Shown here: piece after piece, positions 9,428 to 21,000 of the stretch | Layout of the letters: each line of letters opens with the position of its first letter | Numbering within the stretch: position 1 is the first letter of the stretch | Assembly: GCA_037447605.1 (NCBI GenBank) | Contig: CM074804.1 | Coordinates: forward strand, 1,922,001 to 1,986,000 | DNA from: Zygnema circumcarinatum SAG 698-1b | Lineage: Eukaryota; Plantae; Zygnematophyceae | Direction of reading: 5' to 3' | Length of the DNA: 64,000 nucleotides | Program-made: the position numbers and the translations under genes | Notes under the pieces: generated by a model | The model's input: the letters and a program-made list of their open reading frames with translations, nothing else | What the model was told of the DNA's origin: nothing | Databases searched by the model: none

Positions 9428-11102
9428 GTCGAAGTGTCAAATTTGGTTTCATTTTCCATTCGAATGTCTTCCCCGAGTAATGGGGTTTCTCCACCTGTCC
9501 CCCTCAAGAGGGCAGCAGAATATAGCAGAGTTGTGGATTGCTGTCTTTTGCCACAGCTTGTGGAAGTGACCGATTGGATGAACGCCATGGTGCTATCAAG
9601 ATGGACAAACTTCCACTCCTCCTAACCTCTGTCGGTCGAATTATGAGTGGACAATAGTCGGAGTTCCTTATGTAGCATTTTAGGCCTGAAAGTTGAGCTC
9701 TCCCATTATGATACGTTGCAGATGTAGATGATCACCGATGTTTCTCTCCCCAAATGTTCTCACGGATTCATTTGCTATCAGAGTGTAAATGGAAGTTCTG
9801 TTGTATCCTTCTTTTTCTCTCGATTAGGGTCAAGTTGAACAGCTATACTGTGTGGAAGTGTGTTTCTGTGTGCTGACATGAGTGGGATTTCCTTACTGTG
9901 AGTTAGGGGGTTGAGCTGGTTAGGACGAGAGGGAGGGTTTTTTTGAACTTGTTACGCCCTGAAGAGGCTTTGTGATGTCCACTGAGAACATTTAGGAGCC
10001 GAAAGGATGGTTCTTTTGTCTGTGTTTTGTCTAAGGGCGTTTTCTTATAAACGAGTCAGATGATTTACTGCCTATCAAAAGCCTCCAGCCCCCTCCTTCC
10101 CCATTATCCACCTAATTAGAGGCTGAATTCTGGACGGAGCAGCAGAGAGAGGCATGTGGTCCGATTGTTTAATTTTACTTTCCTCAGGGAGCTTTTTTTT
10201 TACGAATTCCATATGCATAGGGGAAGACTCATGGAGTGATAGCTTGAGGAAGGGATTGTGCATGAGAGGATAAGGTTGTGTTCTTGGAAGAGATTGAAAA
10301 CTTTGTTAGTGCCGTGCATGTGATCTTTGCAAACTTCTTCGCCTTTCCTTGTTGAGTGTATGGCAGCAGCGCAAAATCAGATTTCATGTTATTTCGTCAT
10401 GTAGTTCGATGAATGTCTTGAACATAGAATTTCTGCAAGGCCATCATGTTATTTGGAAGGCATCAATTTTCAAGGACAATCTTTGTTTGCATCTTGTAAG
10501 GCTTTGGATACGTCTAGGATGATAAAGCCTGACGCTCAAGGTAACTTGAGATATTAGGGTTCCTTCAAAATGTGCTTCTGGCTTTTTATCTGAATGATTT
10601 TGTTTTTGACAAGAAACCATATCTTGTCTTTTTCTTTCATGTCCCTTTGTTAAACGTATTTTGGGTTGCACTCTCCCTCCAACCACACCTTCCCACACCG
10701 CCTTGAAAGACGTTCAAGTTCTCATGCAGTGACGAAAGACTGAGGAAGAATATCAGCTCAATGAAATATAATAATTTGCTATTAAGTATAGTAGCCGATG
10801 TTAGACTTAAAAATTGTTCGTAAGTTTGAGTCCAAAACGAATACTCCGTTGACATCGCGATCCTGTTGCGGCGGAAAATTTGCGAAACTTTTTTGTTTAC
10901 TAGACTTCGGGAAGTCTGAATCTTATAATTTCCCTCCGGATAAAAATGTGTTAGTGGTACTTCAAAACAGAAAGACACGTAGTGGAACAAGCCTTAAAGT
11001 ATGAAAGGCTCCTTCCAATGTTTAATATTAGTATGGGATTAAAAACAGGCACATTTGTACAATGAAGTCGGAAAAGTAACAGTATCGTAGCATTTCACGT
11101 TC

Positions 11103-12483
11103 TCACCGCTTTGTCAAGAAGTAAAGCAGGACAACAAAAGCTACACAAGAAATGGCGACTGTGGCCATACTGCGGTTTGATTTTGATTCAAAGACCTGCA
11201 ACAAACCAACATCCCACGCCCTCTAGATAAGAAGTCGAGCTGCTGTTCAATGGATAATCTCGATACTGCTGTGCATTGTATCTCTAACGAGTAATTCTCT
11301 CGAAGCATGGATTTGCGTGAATTCATGGAAGGAAGCCTCGTGGAGATGACAATCCTGCGCACGCTACGGTTTCACTGAATTTATTTATAATCCAGAAGTG
11401 ACTTGAGTTTCTCTGTTCAAGCAAATCCATTACAACATTTCGCAGAAAGATATCCGGCTTACTTTGCCGAAGCGCTCCACTGTTCCTGCCAACACCCGTC
11501 GAGCTCCTTCCATTTCGATCCCCTGTAAAATACACTAACAAAGGACTTTAGGACATCGTCATCATGAATGGACGGGAGGGGACATGAGGGAGGTAAGGAT
11601 GGAAGAAGCCGAGGGCCAAGAGCTAAGAGAGAAGAGAAAAGCATTTTAGACTGAGGCATAATGAAGATACATTGGTTCCATTGATGCGACACTACAACAA
11701 AACAATCACTGAAGTAATGAAATAACAACTCACCAGACCTTCAAGAAACTTATTTTGTGAGTCCACTTCCCCATGGATGTCCCGAGTCAACTGCAAGGGA
11801 TGAAGAAAAGAAGAGAAATCAGGAAAAGAAAATCACAAAAGCACAAAAGGCAGACGATGAAATCCCCCTCTCGCTTCTTTTAGTCCCAGTTTGAACATTT
11901 CCGTTCGAGGCATCCAGACTATGGCTCTGCTCTGAATTTCAAAAGTGCTTTACTGAAACGAGGAAGAAATCAGACGCTTCTAAACGAGGACCTACTTTAA
12001 TTCTACGGCAAATAAAGAAAGGGTAGCCTCCACTTAGCCGGCGTTAAGCACATTGCAATGGTCAATGCTGGTCTAATATGTCAACTGCAAAAGGCCCCAT
12101 AAAGCAAGGAGACAAACCTGTTTTATCAAGCGAGCTCTTCCTTCCAATTCGCTCAGCGACTTCTCGTTGTCTTGCTCTGCTATTTCATTGGTGTAGGATG
12201 ACACCGTTTTCAAACCGCCTACTCCCTCTTCAATGTCAAACGGAGCCCTGCCAGGCCTGGCAGAAAAAAAGATTAATTCAAAGCATGAATTCCTGCTCAA
12301 ACAGATGACGCGAAGGTAAGGCAGACTATCATTGCTGCAATAACAACCACCAATAAACAAATGCTCTGACAGAACAAAGGTTCACTCGATTAATCAACAC
12401 TATGCCACCAATCTACTCAAAATTTTCGTGCATTCAATTTCCCTGAACGAAAGGACTCACCTCTTGTTGTAATTCATCGCCAT
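11103..12483 (-). CDS. BET1: Bet1/BS14-like Golgi Qc-SNARE
   Basis: Exons 12483-12461, 12256-12118, 11790-11734, 11522-11463 and 11195-11103 give MAMNYNKRPGRAPFDIEEGVGGLKTVSSYTNEIAEQDNEKSLSELEGRARLIKQLTRDIHGEVDSQNKFLEGLGIEMEGARRVLAGTVERFGKVFESKSNRSMATVAISCVAFVVLLYFLTKR*. It has a SNARE motif and a C-terminal TM anchor, matching plant BS14/BET11. Confidence 0.9.
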
Positions 12484-12633
12484 TGGCCTTCAAGCCTACC
12501 TCTGCACACTCTAGCAAAAACGAATCTTGCAGATCTTGCAAAAAGCTGCCTTTCGAAGGCTTCTCAGGCCCGATGTTTCAAGAATAAGAAACACGCTTCA
12601 AATTTCTGCTCCTCCTCTTAGAAAGAAGGCCTC

Positions 12634-12642
12634 AAACCCTAA
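12634..12642. promoter_or_regulatory. Telo-box AAACCCTAA near the BET1 5' end (similar boxes at 34081-34088 near HDS and 46316-46324 in UMP kinase intron 1)
   Basis: Exact motif matches near gene 5' ends. Function is inferred from plant telo-box knowledge. Confidence 0.35.
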
Positions 12643-13242
12643 CTTGCAGTAGGAAGCCTCCCGGGCTTTCAGAACCTGCAGGAGCTACAGAAATAGAAAC
12701 CCACCTCCAACTGTTTCCATGGCGGCAGTTCCCGGTTGTTGTCCGCTTAACAAACATTTCCGGACGGAACGTCTATGTGTTCTCCGTACACTGTACGAAT
12801 TATTCCGTACGGAACCTTCCATTCCCGCTTTAGTGTTGTCTTTTCCATCTGTCCCGTGCAGTTTGTAGGTTAACAAAGCGACATGGAACGGTTTGCAGTT
12901 GCCAGTTCCGTCCGGCAGGGCCGCGAAATTCAAAGCCAATTTTCCTTTTTTCGCCGTTGACCGCGGCGGCACCACCGACTGTGGCCACTGTGGGCTTGCC
13001 ACGTGTAAAAATATCCGAGAGTTACAACGTTTCTATTTCTGAATGGTCAAAACCTTAGGTCGGTACGATACTCCGTAGGTCATTTTCAGAAACCAGAGGC
13101 GACTGCTCTGTCGCATTTGTCCGTACACGTTGACCCCTCCCGACTCCTGAGCAAGTAGGGATGTACGGCACCGACATATTCGTACTGAATAAGATTCCGT
13201 ACACGTGAACCGTTACAGTACTGTACAGTTAAGCCCCATTCG

Positions 13243-14127
13243 CAGGCCACTTCAAATAGGGGATTTCGGCTTAAGATAGGGGACTGTCCCCTAACTTGGT
13301 TTTGTAAAAACACGTAAATATGGACTGTACGGACGAAACCGTACACGTACGGACGAGAATTTTGTGGAGACCTTGCTTCATCATTTCCCAACATTGCTAC
13401 CGTCGAGTCTGATTTTTCAGTAATTGGATGGGAGAAAGACGAGTTTCGAAAGAGGTTGACAGACTTTTCATTGGAAGGCATTCTTCACTGCAAACGGTTT
13501 GATAGTTTGAACACTCTTCGAGGGTCTCTTTGAGTAGTTTGCATCACTTCTATAGCTGTCTTGATCAGCCTAAAACTCCTAAGGGAGTGAGACCATTTTT
13601 CATTTCATTTCTAATTTTAGTTCCTATTTCAGTTTTTCTTTTGTGACTACACCTTGAATTTCAGAGGTAATGATTTGGAATAGAGTTTTTGTGAGGAAAT
13701 TTCAAGACTATGATGGATTCTAAAGTGATACTTGGAGTAATTAATGATGGATGGAAAAGGAAATAGAGAGCTTAGGATTGAATCTACAAAGTTTCAGTGC
13801 AATTGGGTTTTTGAATAAGCAACTATATGTTGTGATTGCCAAATGCACAGTTGTTCTAATTGATTGGTAAAATTTACCAATCTATAAGAGTCAAAGAGGT
13901 TGCACCAGTTTCTAAAGCCGTGTTGTTATACCAACAAGTAAAGTTCATATACATCATTGCTATCGTGGTTGCAACTGCAATTCATTTCCTTTTGGTTTTT
14001 AACCAAAAAAATGCTTTTTTGGGGCTTGTGTGGTATTTAAGTTGAAATCACGTAAACTAATCTCAAAATCTTACATAAATAAGCTATTTACGATATTTAG
14101 GGGATCTCCCCTATTTGAAGAGGCCTG
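13243..14127. mobile_element. hAT-type MITE (885 bp)
   Basis: The 21-bp TIR CAGGCC(A/T)CTTCAAATAGGGGA matches at 20/21 positions. The 8-bp TSD CCCATTCG is at 13235-13242 and 14128-14135. The interior is AT-rich with no recognisable coding sequence. Confidence 0.88.
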
Positions 14128-14359
14128 CCCATTCGGAGCGCGGATGAGGGCCGTCAATCGGTTGTACGAATGTACGGATTGAGCCGTGTACTGTAGTGTT
14201 GATCTCTGGCCGTACAGTACTGTGCAGGGGGTGCAGTACTGTACGGATTGATGGCGTACAGAAGTGTACGGCTGCGGTAAAGGCGAGGGGGGAGGTCGTT
14301 CTCGCTGTCCAAATTTATTTTCGTTTTGGTAAGCGCCAAAGGTGCCGTTGGGAATTGGA

Positions 14360-14690
14360 AGGGGGGCGGAGAGGGAGAGAGAGAGGGAGAAAGGAAGAGG
14401 GAGGGAGAGGGAGAGTGGGATAGAGGGAGGGAGAGAGGGAGAGAGTGGGCGAGGGAGAGAGGGAGAGAAGGAGAGAGGGAGGGAGGGAGGGAGAAAGGGA
14501 GAGAGAGGGAGAGAGGAGAGGCAAAAGAAGAGAGAGGGGAGGGGAGGTGAGAGGGCAGGCGGGAATATTGAGGAGAAGTGCGAGATAATCGAAGGGTGGA
14601 TAGAGGGAGCAGCGGGAGAGAGGAGCGATTGGGAAGAGGGACAGAAGGAAGAGAGGAGAGGAGAGGAGAGGTGAGTGGGAAGGAAGAAGG
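14360..14690. repeat. Homopurine (GA/GGGA) low-complexity tract upstream of myosin
   Basis: About 330 bp of A/G-rich simple sequence. Confidence 0.9.
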
Positions 14691-15071
14691 AAGTGTGGCT
14701 GCAGCCATGTGTTTTGAGAGAAGCTCTCGATACAGGTCGGCGTTGCAAGTGCTCGTCGGTTTATCACGCTGACGTAGGCTCGAGGCCACCATTCCGTCCT
14801 GTACGTGAACATAACGGAATTAGGAGTTTGTTAAAACAGGAGCATTTGTCAAGTTAAAGTTGTTTCAGTTTTTTTTTATTATTTTGCGATTCTTCAGGCC
14901 GGGAACCAGTGGTTTCGTGAATTAGTGCGGAAAAAGGGAAAGGAGGCGTACGAATTCTGGATAACTGGAAGCATAGGAAGCGTGCATGGGAAACTTATCG
15001 CGGCTTAATCGTTGATTATAGCAATGATTAAAGAAGGAATACAACGGCGGCGAATTTTCACCTTGATTTAA

Positions 15072-18000
15072 ATGGTATGCTATCCTTGACTTGAAAGCGG
15101 TCTACTGACCTGCAAGCCTGCCAGCTAAACCCCAACTTCATAGTGACCCTTTCATCGCATGGTTAGTCACTAATTGGTTAGATATAGTTTGTAGTGCAGA
15201 AGCACTTCAAGATGTCGTACGAAAATTCGTTGGTTACTGGTTTTTGGCTCTTTTATCTTCTCCTACAATCTTCTTGGATGAAGATTCTTTGTCCATTAAA
15301 CACTCAGATATTAGTAATGCTCAGCCATTGGATCAAGAATTGTAGAAATGACAACGCGATCGTCTCGCGCAGCAAGAGTGTGAATTCGCTCAGAAATGCA
15401 GATGCTTTACCCTTCCGTTAAGTTTTAATCGTGTTTTTTTTCCTTTTCTACCATTACCCGTCATACATTAACTCTCTTCATCCCTACTCGTCTGCTCTCT
15501 CTCGTCCCCCCCTCGCTCTCTGTCTTTCTCTCTCCCCTCGCCTTCTTGAATGTTGCTGGTGTTGCCTGGAACCTGCAGGCAGCTCCTCAGAAATTTGCTG
15601 CTGGAGTGGCAGTTTGGATCCCGGATGAGAAAGAGGTCTTTGTCGAAGGAGCAGTGGTCAGTCAGGACGGTGATCAAGTGGTTGTCCGGAAGGGCGAGGC
15701 GGCAACAAAGCCAGCGAACTTGGTAAAATTTAACTATTTGAGACACTTATTTGCTACAGGAAACGTGCATTCGTTTTTTGTTGGGTTTAAATGTTGGACA
15801 GTGAAGCTTCCGATTCCTGAATCTTGACACCATGTTGTTTACCGCCAAATGCTTGTTACTCTCCAAAGCAGATTTGCAAATTTTCCATCTTGAAATGTAT
15901 AAATAACAACAAGGGAACTCGACTTACATGTTACGGTTCCAGAACTCCATCTATTCTCTTATTCTCTTATAAACTTGAACTCTTAAGAGGTCTACTACAT
16001 GAAATAGCTTCTTTCTTGTTGATGCATTCAACGTATTAGTTGGATATACAAAAGACAAGCAATGATGTGGTATTGATCTCACGACGGTGATGCCATCAAA
16101 TGTACAAAAAATCAACATGGGGAACCACGAAGAACTGGTCACAGAGGACCTAAGGACAATAGAACATATCTTTGAGCGGAAATCTACTTCTAGGCTCAAC
16201 AACTCGGCCCTTGAAAATAACCTTCTATATATTGGACTGAGATATTTGCATGGGAAAACCCAGCATTTCACTCACTAGAGTTTGGGATTTTTTTTCTTTT
16301 TAAGAATTTTCAGGTCACGGTTAGTTCTTCCGACTGCTATGCGAAAGAAGATGAGGTGGTGGATGACATGACGAAGTTGGTGTACCTGCATGAGCCGGGT
16401 GTCCTCAACAACTTGACGATTAAGTATGGCCAGGACAGCATATATGTGAGCATCATGCAATCTATGATCTGTTCTGGATCAAGGTTCTTGAGTATTACAT
16501 TGGGATTCGTGAAAGAAGCAGAGTTACCTCGGAGACATAGCTCTCATTCAACTTGCATTCGTTTTGCATTCACGTTGTGCTAGAGAAAGTTAAAAAGCAA
16601 CTGTTCGCCCGGATCGACTCTTTGATTTTCATGAGTTGAAGAAATTTGAAAATAAGAAGAAAATGTAATTAAAAGAATAATCTGGCCGAATAAGTGTATC
16701 ACTTTCAAGACCATTTGATAGGATCCTTCAAGTGGAAGTAAAACAATTTGCAGATAATGTATCAGAACTATGGCAGAATTTTAGCTCATATGACCATTTT
16801 AGTACCGTACACGAAGCCATTTTTGTCTTGCCTGACAAGTACAGCACTGGGCCACTAGGTGCTCTATAAAAGATGAGGTAAGTCCTTCCTGGTCAACACG
16901 TTGTGATAGACCACCTGCATTTGGCTGATGTAACAGACATACACTGGGAGTATCCTCATCGCTGTCAACCCTTTTCAAAGATTCCCAGAATTTTATAACT
17001 CATCCATGAGAGCCAAGTATCAGAAGGCTCGTTTGGGGGAATTGCCGCCTCATGTATTTGCGGTGGCAGACAGTGCCTATCGGTGAGTTATGACCACCCT
17101 TTTTTATCTTTTCCTCTCTAACTAGTGTGTGTTCCAGCTACGATGTTGTTCCCTTCGACGGTAGCTTGCAGCATTCTAAGCATGGTTTTGCTATGTGTAC
17201 AGCATTTGCAATGCCTTGACCTATGCTCATGTTTTGATTCAGCTAGGATGAACTGACACTGTTAAAAGACTTCAACAATGTGTTGGCCATTTTGGACCCT
17301 TGCAGAGCCATGATGAGTTACAAGCAGAGCCAATCTATTCTTATCAGTGGAGAATCCGGAGCAGGAAAGACGGAGACCACCAAGCTTGTCATGGAGTACC
17401 TGGCAAGTGTGGGGGGGAGAGCGAAAACAAGCGGGCGCAGTGTAGAGTCGCAAGTGCTGGAGGTAAGCATAATGCTTATTGCCAACTCTTAAAAGCTTAT
17501 CATGATTTCTTAGAGTTCAGTGCAAGATGTGGTTATCTCAAAGGGGTGTCAAATCATGTTAGGGCAGTTATGCTTTTACTGGAATGAGCATCACTACCTT
17601 GAAAACAAAACAAAGCAGGGATATCCTGATTTTAGTGCAGGATTTGGGCTTCAGTTCATGGGTCTTTTCATTTTGGCTTTTGGCATGGCAGTCCAATCCC
17701 CTCCTTGAGGCATTTGGAAATGCGAAGACCATCAGAAACAACAATTCAAGGTGAGGCTTGTACCTCGAGATGCGAGCACCCAATTCCTTTGAAAGGTTAA
17801 TGATTTTTCTTCTTAAAATTCACATGTTAAACCTTTAATTGTCGATCCGTAAGTGAACAAGCTTTTAAAGTATTTCCTTGGTGAACCAAATTCACCGAGG
17901 AACTCCGTCATGGCTAGCAAGCTTGTGGACTCTGGTGATACTAGAAACTACTTCCGCTGACTGTGATAATTCTAGAAAACCACACTGCCGAAGGTGACGG

Positions 18001-21000
18001 CGCTCTTCCGAATTGAATTTGGCAGAAAGTGCTGCTAATTTATTGTTCCATGGTTGATGCTTTATGTCCGGAGAACACACTGACTTGAATGAACTGTATG
18101 TGAGTTGTTGATTTTTCATTCTTCCCAAACTTCATATCAGCAAACTTTTCCGCCTCTCCCTCCAGCATGCATACTGATTGCTTGATGTTGAGGGAGGCAA
18201 TGCAGCCGCTTCGGAAAATACATCAAGATTCAGTTCAATAAGTGGGGCCGAGTGTCCGGCGCTTCCATCAAGTCGTACCTTCTCGAGCGATCTCGCGTCG
18301 TCACCATCGCTGATCCCGAACGGAATTACCACTGCTTTTACCAGCTCTGCTATGGGGCATCCCCAGAGGTCGGTAATCTGCACCTGCTTGCACCAACCCT
18401 CACAGTGACATGGGGTAATGGACCAGCAGAACTGTCTCTGTGGTTTATGTTGCATGTAGCTTCATAAGTCTTTTTTTTCTTCCTTTTTTATGACAGCAAA
18501 CCCTCCTGAAGGGCTTCTTTATGGAGCACGTGTGTCCTTAACAGTACTCAAGCGTCGAAAAAAATAAATGCTTTATATGTTTTTGTCACTTATCCATTTG
18601 TAGACTGGGCTTTTGAAGCCACGCAATTTCCTAGCGATACATGCCAGCTTTTCCTTTTCTAGTGTGTTATGTGTTGACACTTATTCTGATATCAACGATC
18701 TTATGAAGCTCTGCTAGTGGCTAGGCTGAAATTGTGAAACTACCTCAGTTAAGCGGCGTGATTGCAGGAGGTGGAGATCTACAAGCTTCCTCCTCAGGCA
18801 GACCGAGCCAAGTCGTTCAACTACCTCAACCAAAGTAGTTGCTTCGAGCTGGATGGAGTCAGCAATGCGGAGGAGTTTTGCCACACAAAGCGGGCAATGG
18901 ATATAATAGGCATCTCCAAAGCGGAGCAGGTGAGGTCAGACTCGTTGTATTAATAATAAGCATGGAACATTGAAAGTGCTGCTCTTTGGGCCTTGAAGAT
19001 TCCGAAGATGCGATTGGTCTTGCTCAACTTAACTTAGCCTTAGCCCTAGCTTCAAGTCTTGTAACTTTTCTTAAGCACCTGTCGATGGCACCTTTACTTT
19101 GTCCATCAACAGTTTTCCTGCAGTTCTTTTCAAGGTAATATGCAGACAATTTGCTGAGAAGGCAACTTAAGTGTTGGGCTGTGCCAGACGTCCATATTTA
19201 AGATTGTATCTGCCATTTTACATCTCGGAAATATTGACTTCGTGGCGGTGGAGGATGACAATAGTCCCGTCCGCCAAGCATCCGAAGCATGCACGGAACA
19301 TCTTCAAGCTGCAGCGCAACTTTTGGGGTAAGCTGCTGCAAAGTCATAGGACTTGTTCTTTGTACTGCCAAAGACCAAACCAAACCAAAGACCAAAGACC
19401 AAAGTGTGGCCTAGGTTTTGTATGTCCTTTGTAAGATGAGGCCAAAGAAAGATTCATGGGAGATTAACTTGTCTATATTATTCGCGTTTCTTCCAACTAG
19501 GCAGTAGGGGGGGGTTCAGCCTTCTTTAGTTGCAAAACCGTCAAGTTCGCATGATTTCTTGACAAAAAAAGGGATGTTTTGAAACTAATGGGTATCTTTT
19601 GCCATACAGGTGTGATGTTGCTGGATTGGAAAAGTCTCTAGTGTACAGATTCAGGAAAATTTCAGGTCAAATTATTCCCACCCTTTTGGATGTGAAGGGA
19701 GCAAGAACTATGAGAGACTCATTGGCAAAGAACCTCTTCTCGAAGCTCTTTGACTGGTACATACTCAACCCCGCCCTGCTGCACAAAATGCATTCCTATG
19801 TCGCGACGAAATTTTGTCTCTTGGGAGGTTAAAGGATGGTACTATTTTCCATCGCACAGCTGAAACAGGAAGCTCAAAGTGTTTCATTTTGTAAATTCAG
19901 AGGAGGGTGCAAAGTCTGGGAGATTATGCTGGCCAAATTCTGAAATCTACATGTGTTCTGAGATTGGATTGAATTACAGGATTGTGGCGAAGGTGAATAA
20001 CTCCATTGGAGAAGATCATCACTCGGAGATTTCGATCGGCGTCTTAGATATCTACGGCTTTGAGCACTTCAAAGTAAACAGGCATGTCATGTTTCCTTTG
20101 CAGCTCGTTGACTGACTAGCCAGTCTCTTGCTCGCAATCTTGGGCCATTGCATTCCTGATCTCATTCGTGGTCGTTCGGGCCGACTTCTAATCAGCATGA
20201 AGTAATGCCGATGTGCAGTTTTGAGCAATTTTGCATCAACCTCGCCAACGAAAAGCTTCAGCAGCATTTCAACATGGTAAGTGCTCAGTCTCTATTACAG
20301 ATGTGGGAGACTGTTTGCGTTTATTTGCATGTGGTAAGCGGAGTTGGCTTTGAATTGTTTTTGGCTGCAGTTCGGACTGATTTCTTCTCCGTTTCTGCTC
20401 CTTGGAGAGATTAGGCATAGATTTGACGAAGCATTTATTTTCAACTAAACAGCTAAACATCAGTGCCGCTCTTTCCTTGTACATAACGCTGGTGGTCTAT
20501 CCCAGATTCTTTAATCGATCCTGGGTCTATCCAGGCTTACAGCTTACAACTGGCGTAATTTTGGGCCTTGCGTTTCCATATGCAGCACGTTCTTAAGATG
20601 GAACAAGAGGAGTATGAGAGAGAGGAGATCAACTGGAGTCGAATTCCTTTTTCGGATAACCAGGACTGTCTAGATCTCATTGAAAAGGTTCGATTACAGA
20701 ACTTCGTCTCTGTTTAGTTAGCCATATAGTCACAGAGGTATAAACAGATCTGGTGCCATGTAAACAGCGAGGGCCATTCATTTTAACAATGAATGGAGAC
20801 GTCACCCTGCTTGCTTGTACGACCAACATTACCACCGGATGCCAAGTCTCCAGTAATGAGAGCTTGTTGTGGGGGTTTTAGGGTTGTTCTGACTGCATGG
20901 ATACATGGGGGGAGGTCTCGTGCAGGACAAGGGAGGAATTCTCTCAATTCTTGACTCCGACTGGTGAGTTGCCGTCCTTAAATGTTTTAGTTGCGTTGGA

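Noticed and set aside
14071-14812. Pro/Ser/Leu- or Arg/Glu/Gly-rich ORFs (also 5543-5863, 24586-24816, 27598-27849)
   Set aside because: Translations of purine/pyrimidine tracts and microsatellites.
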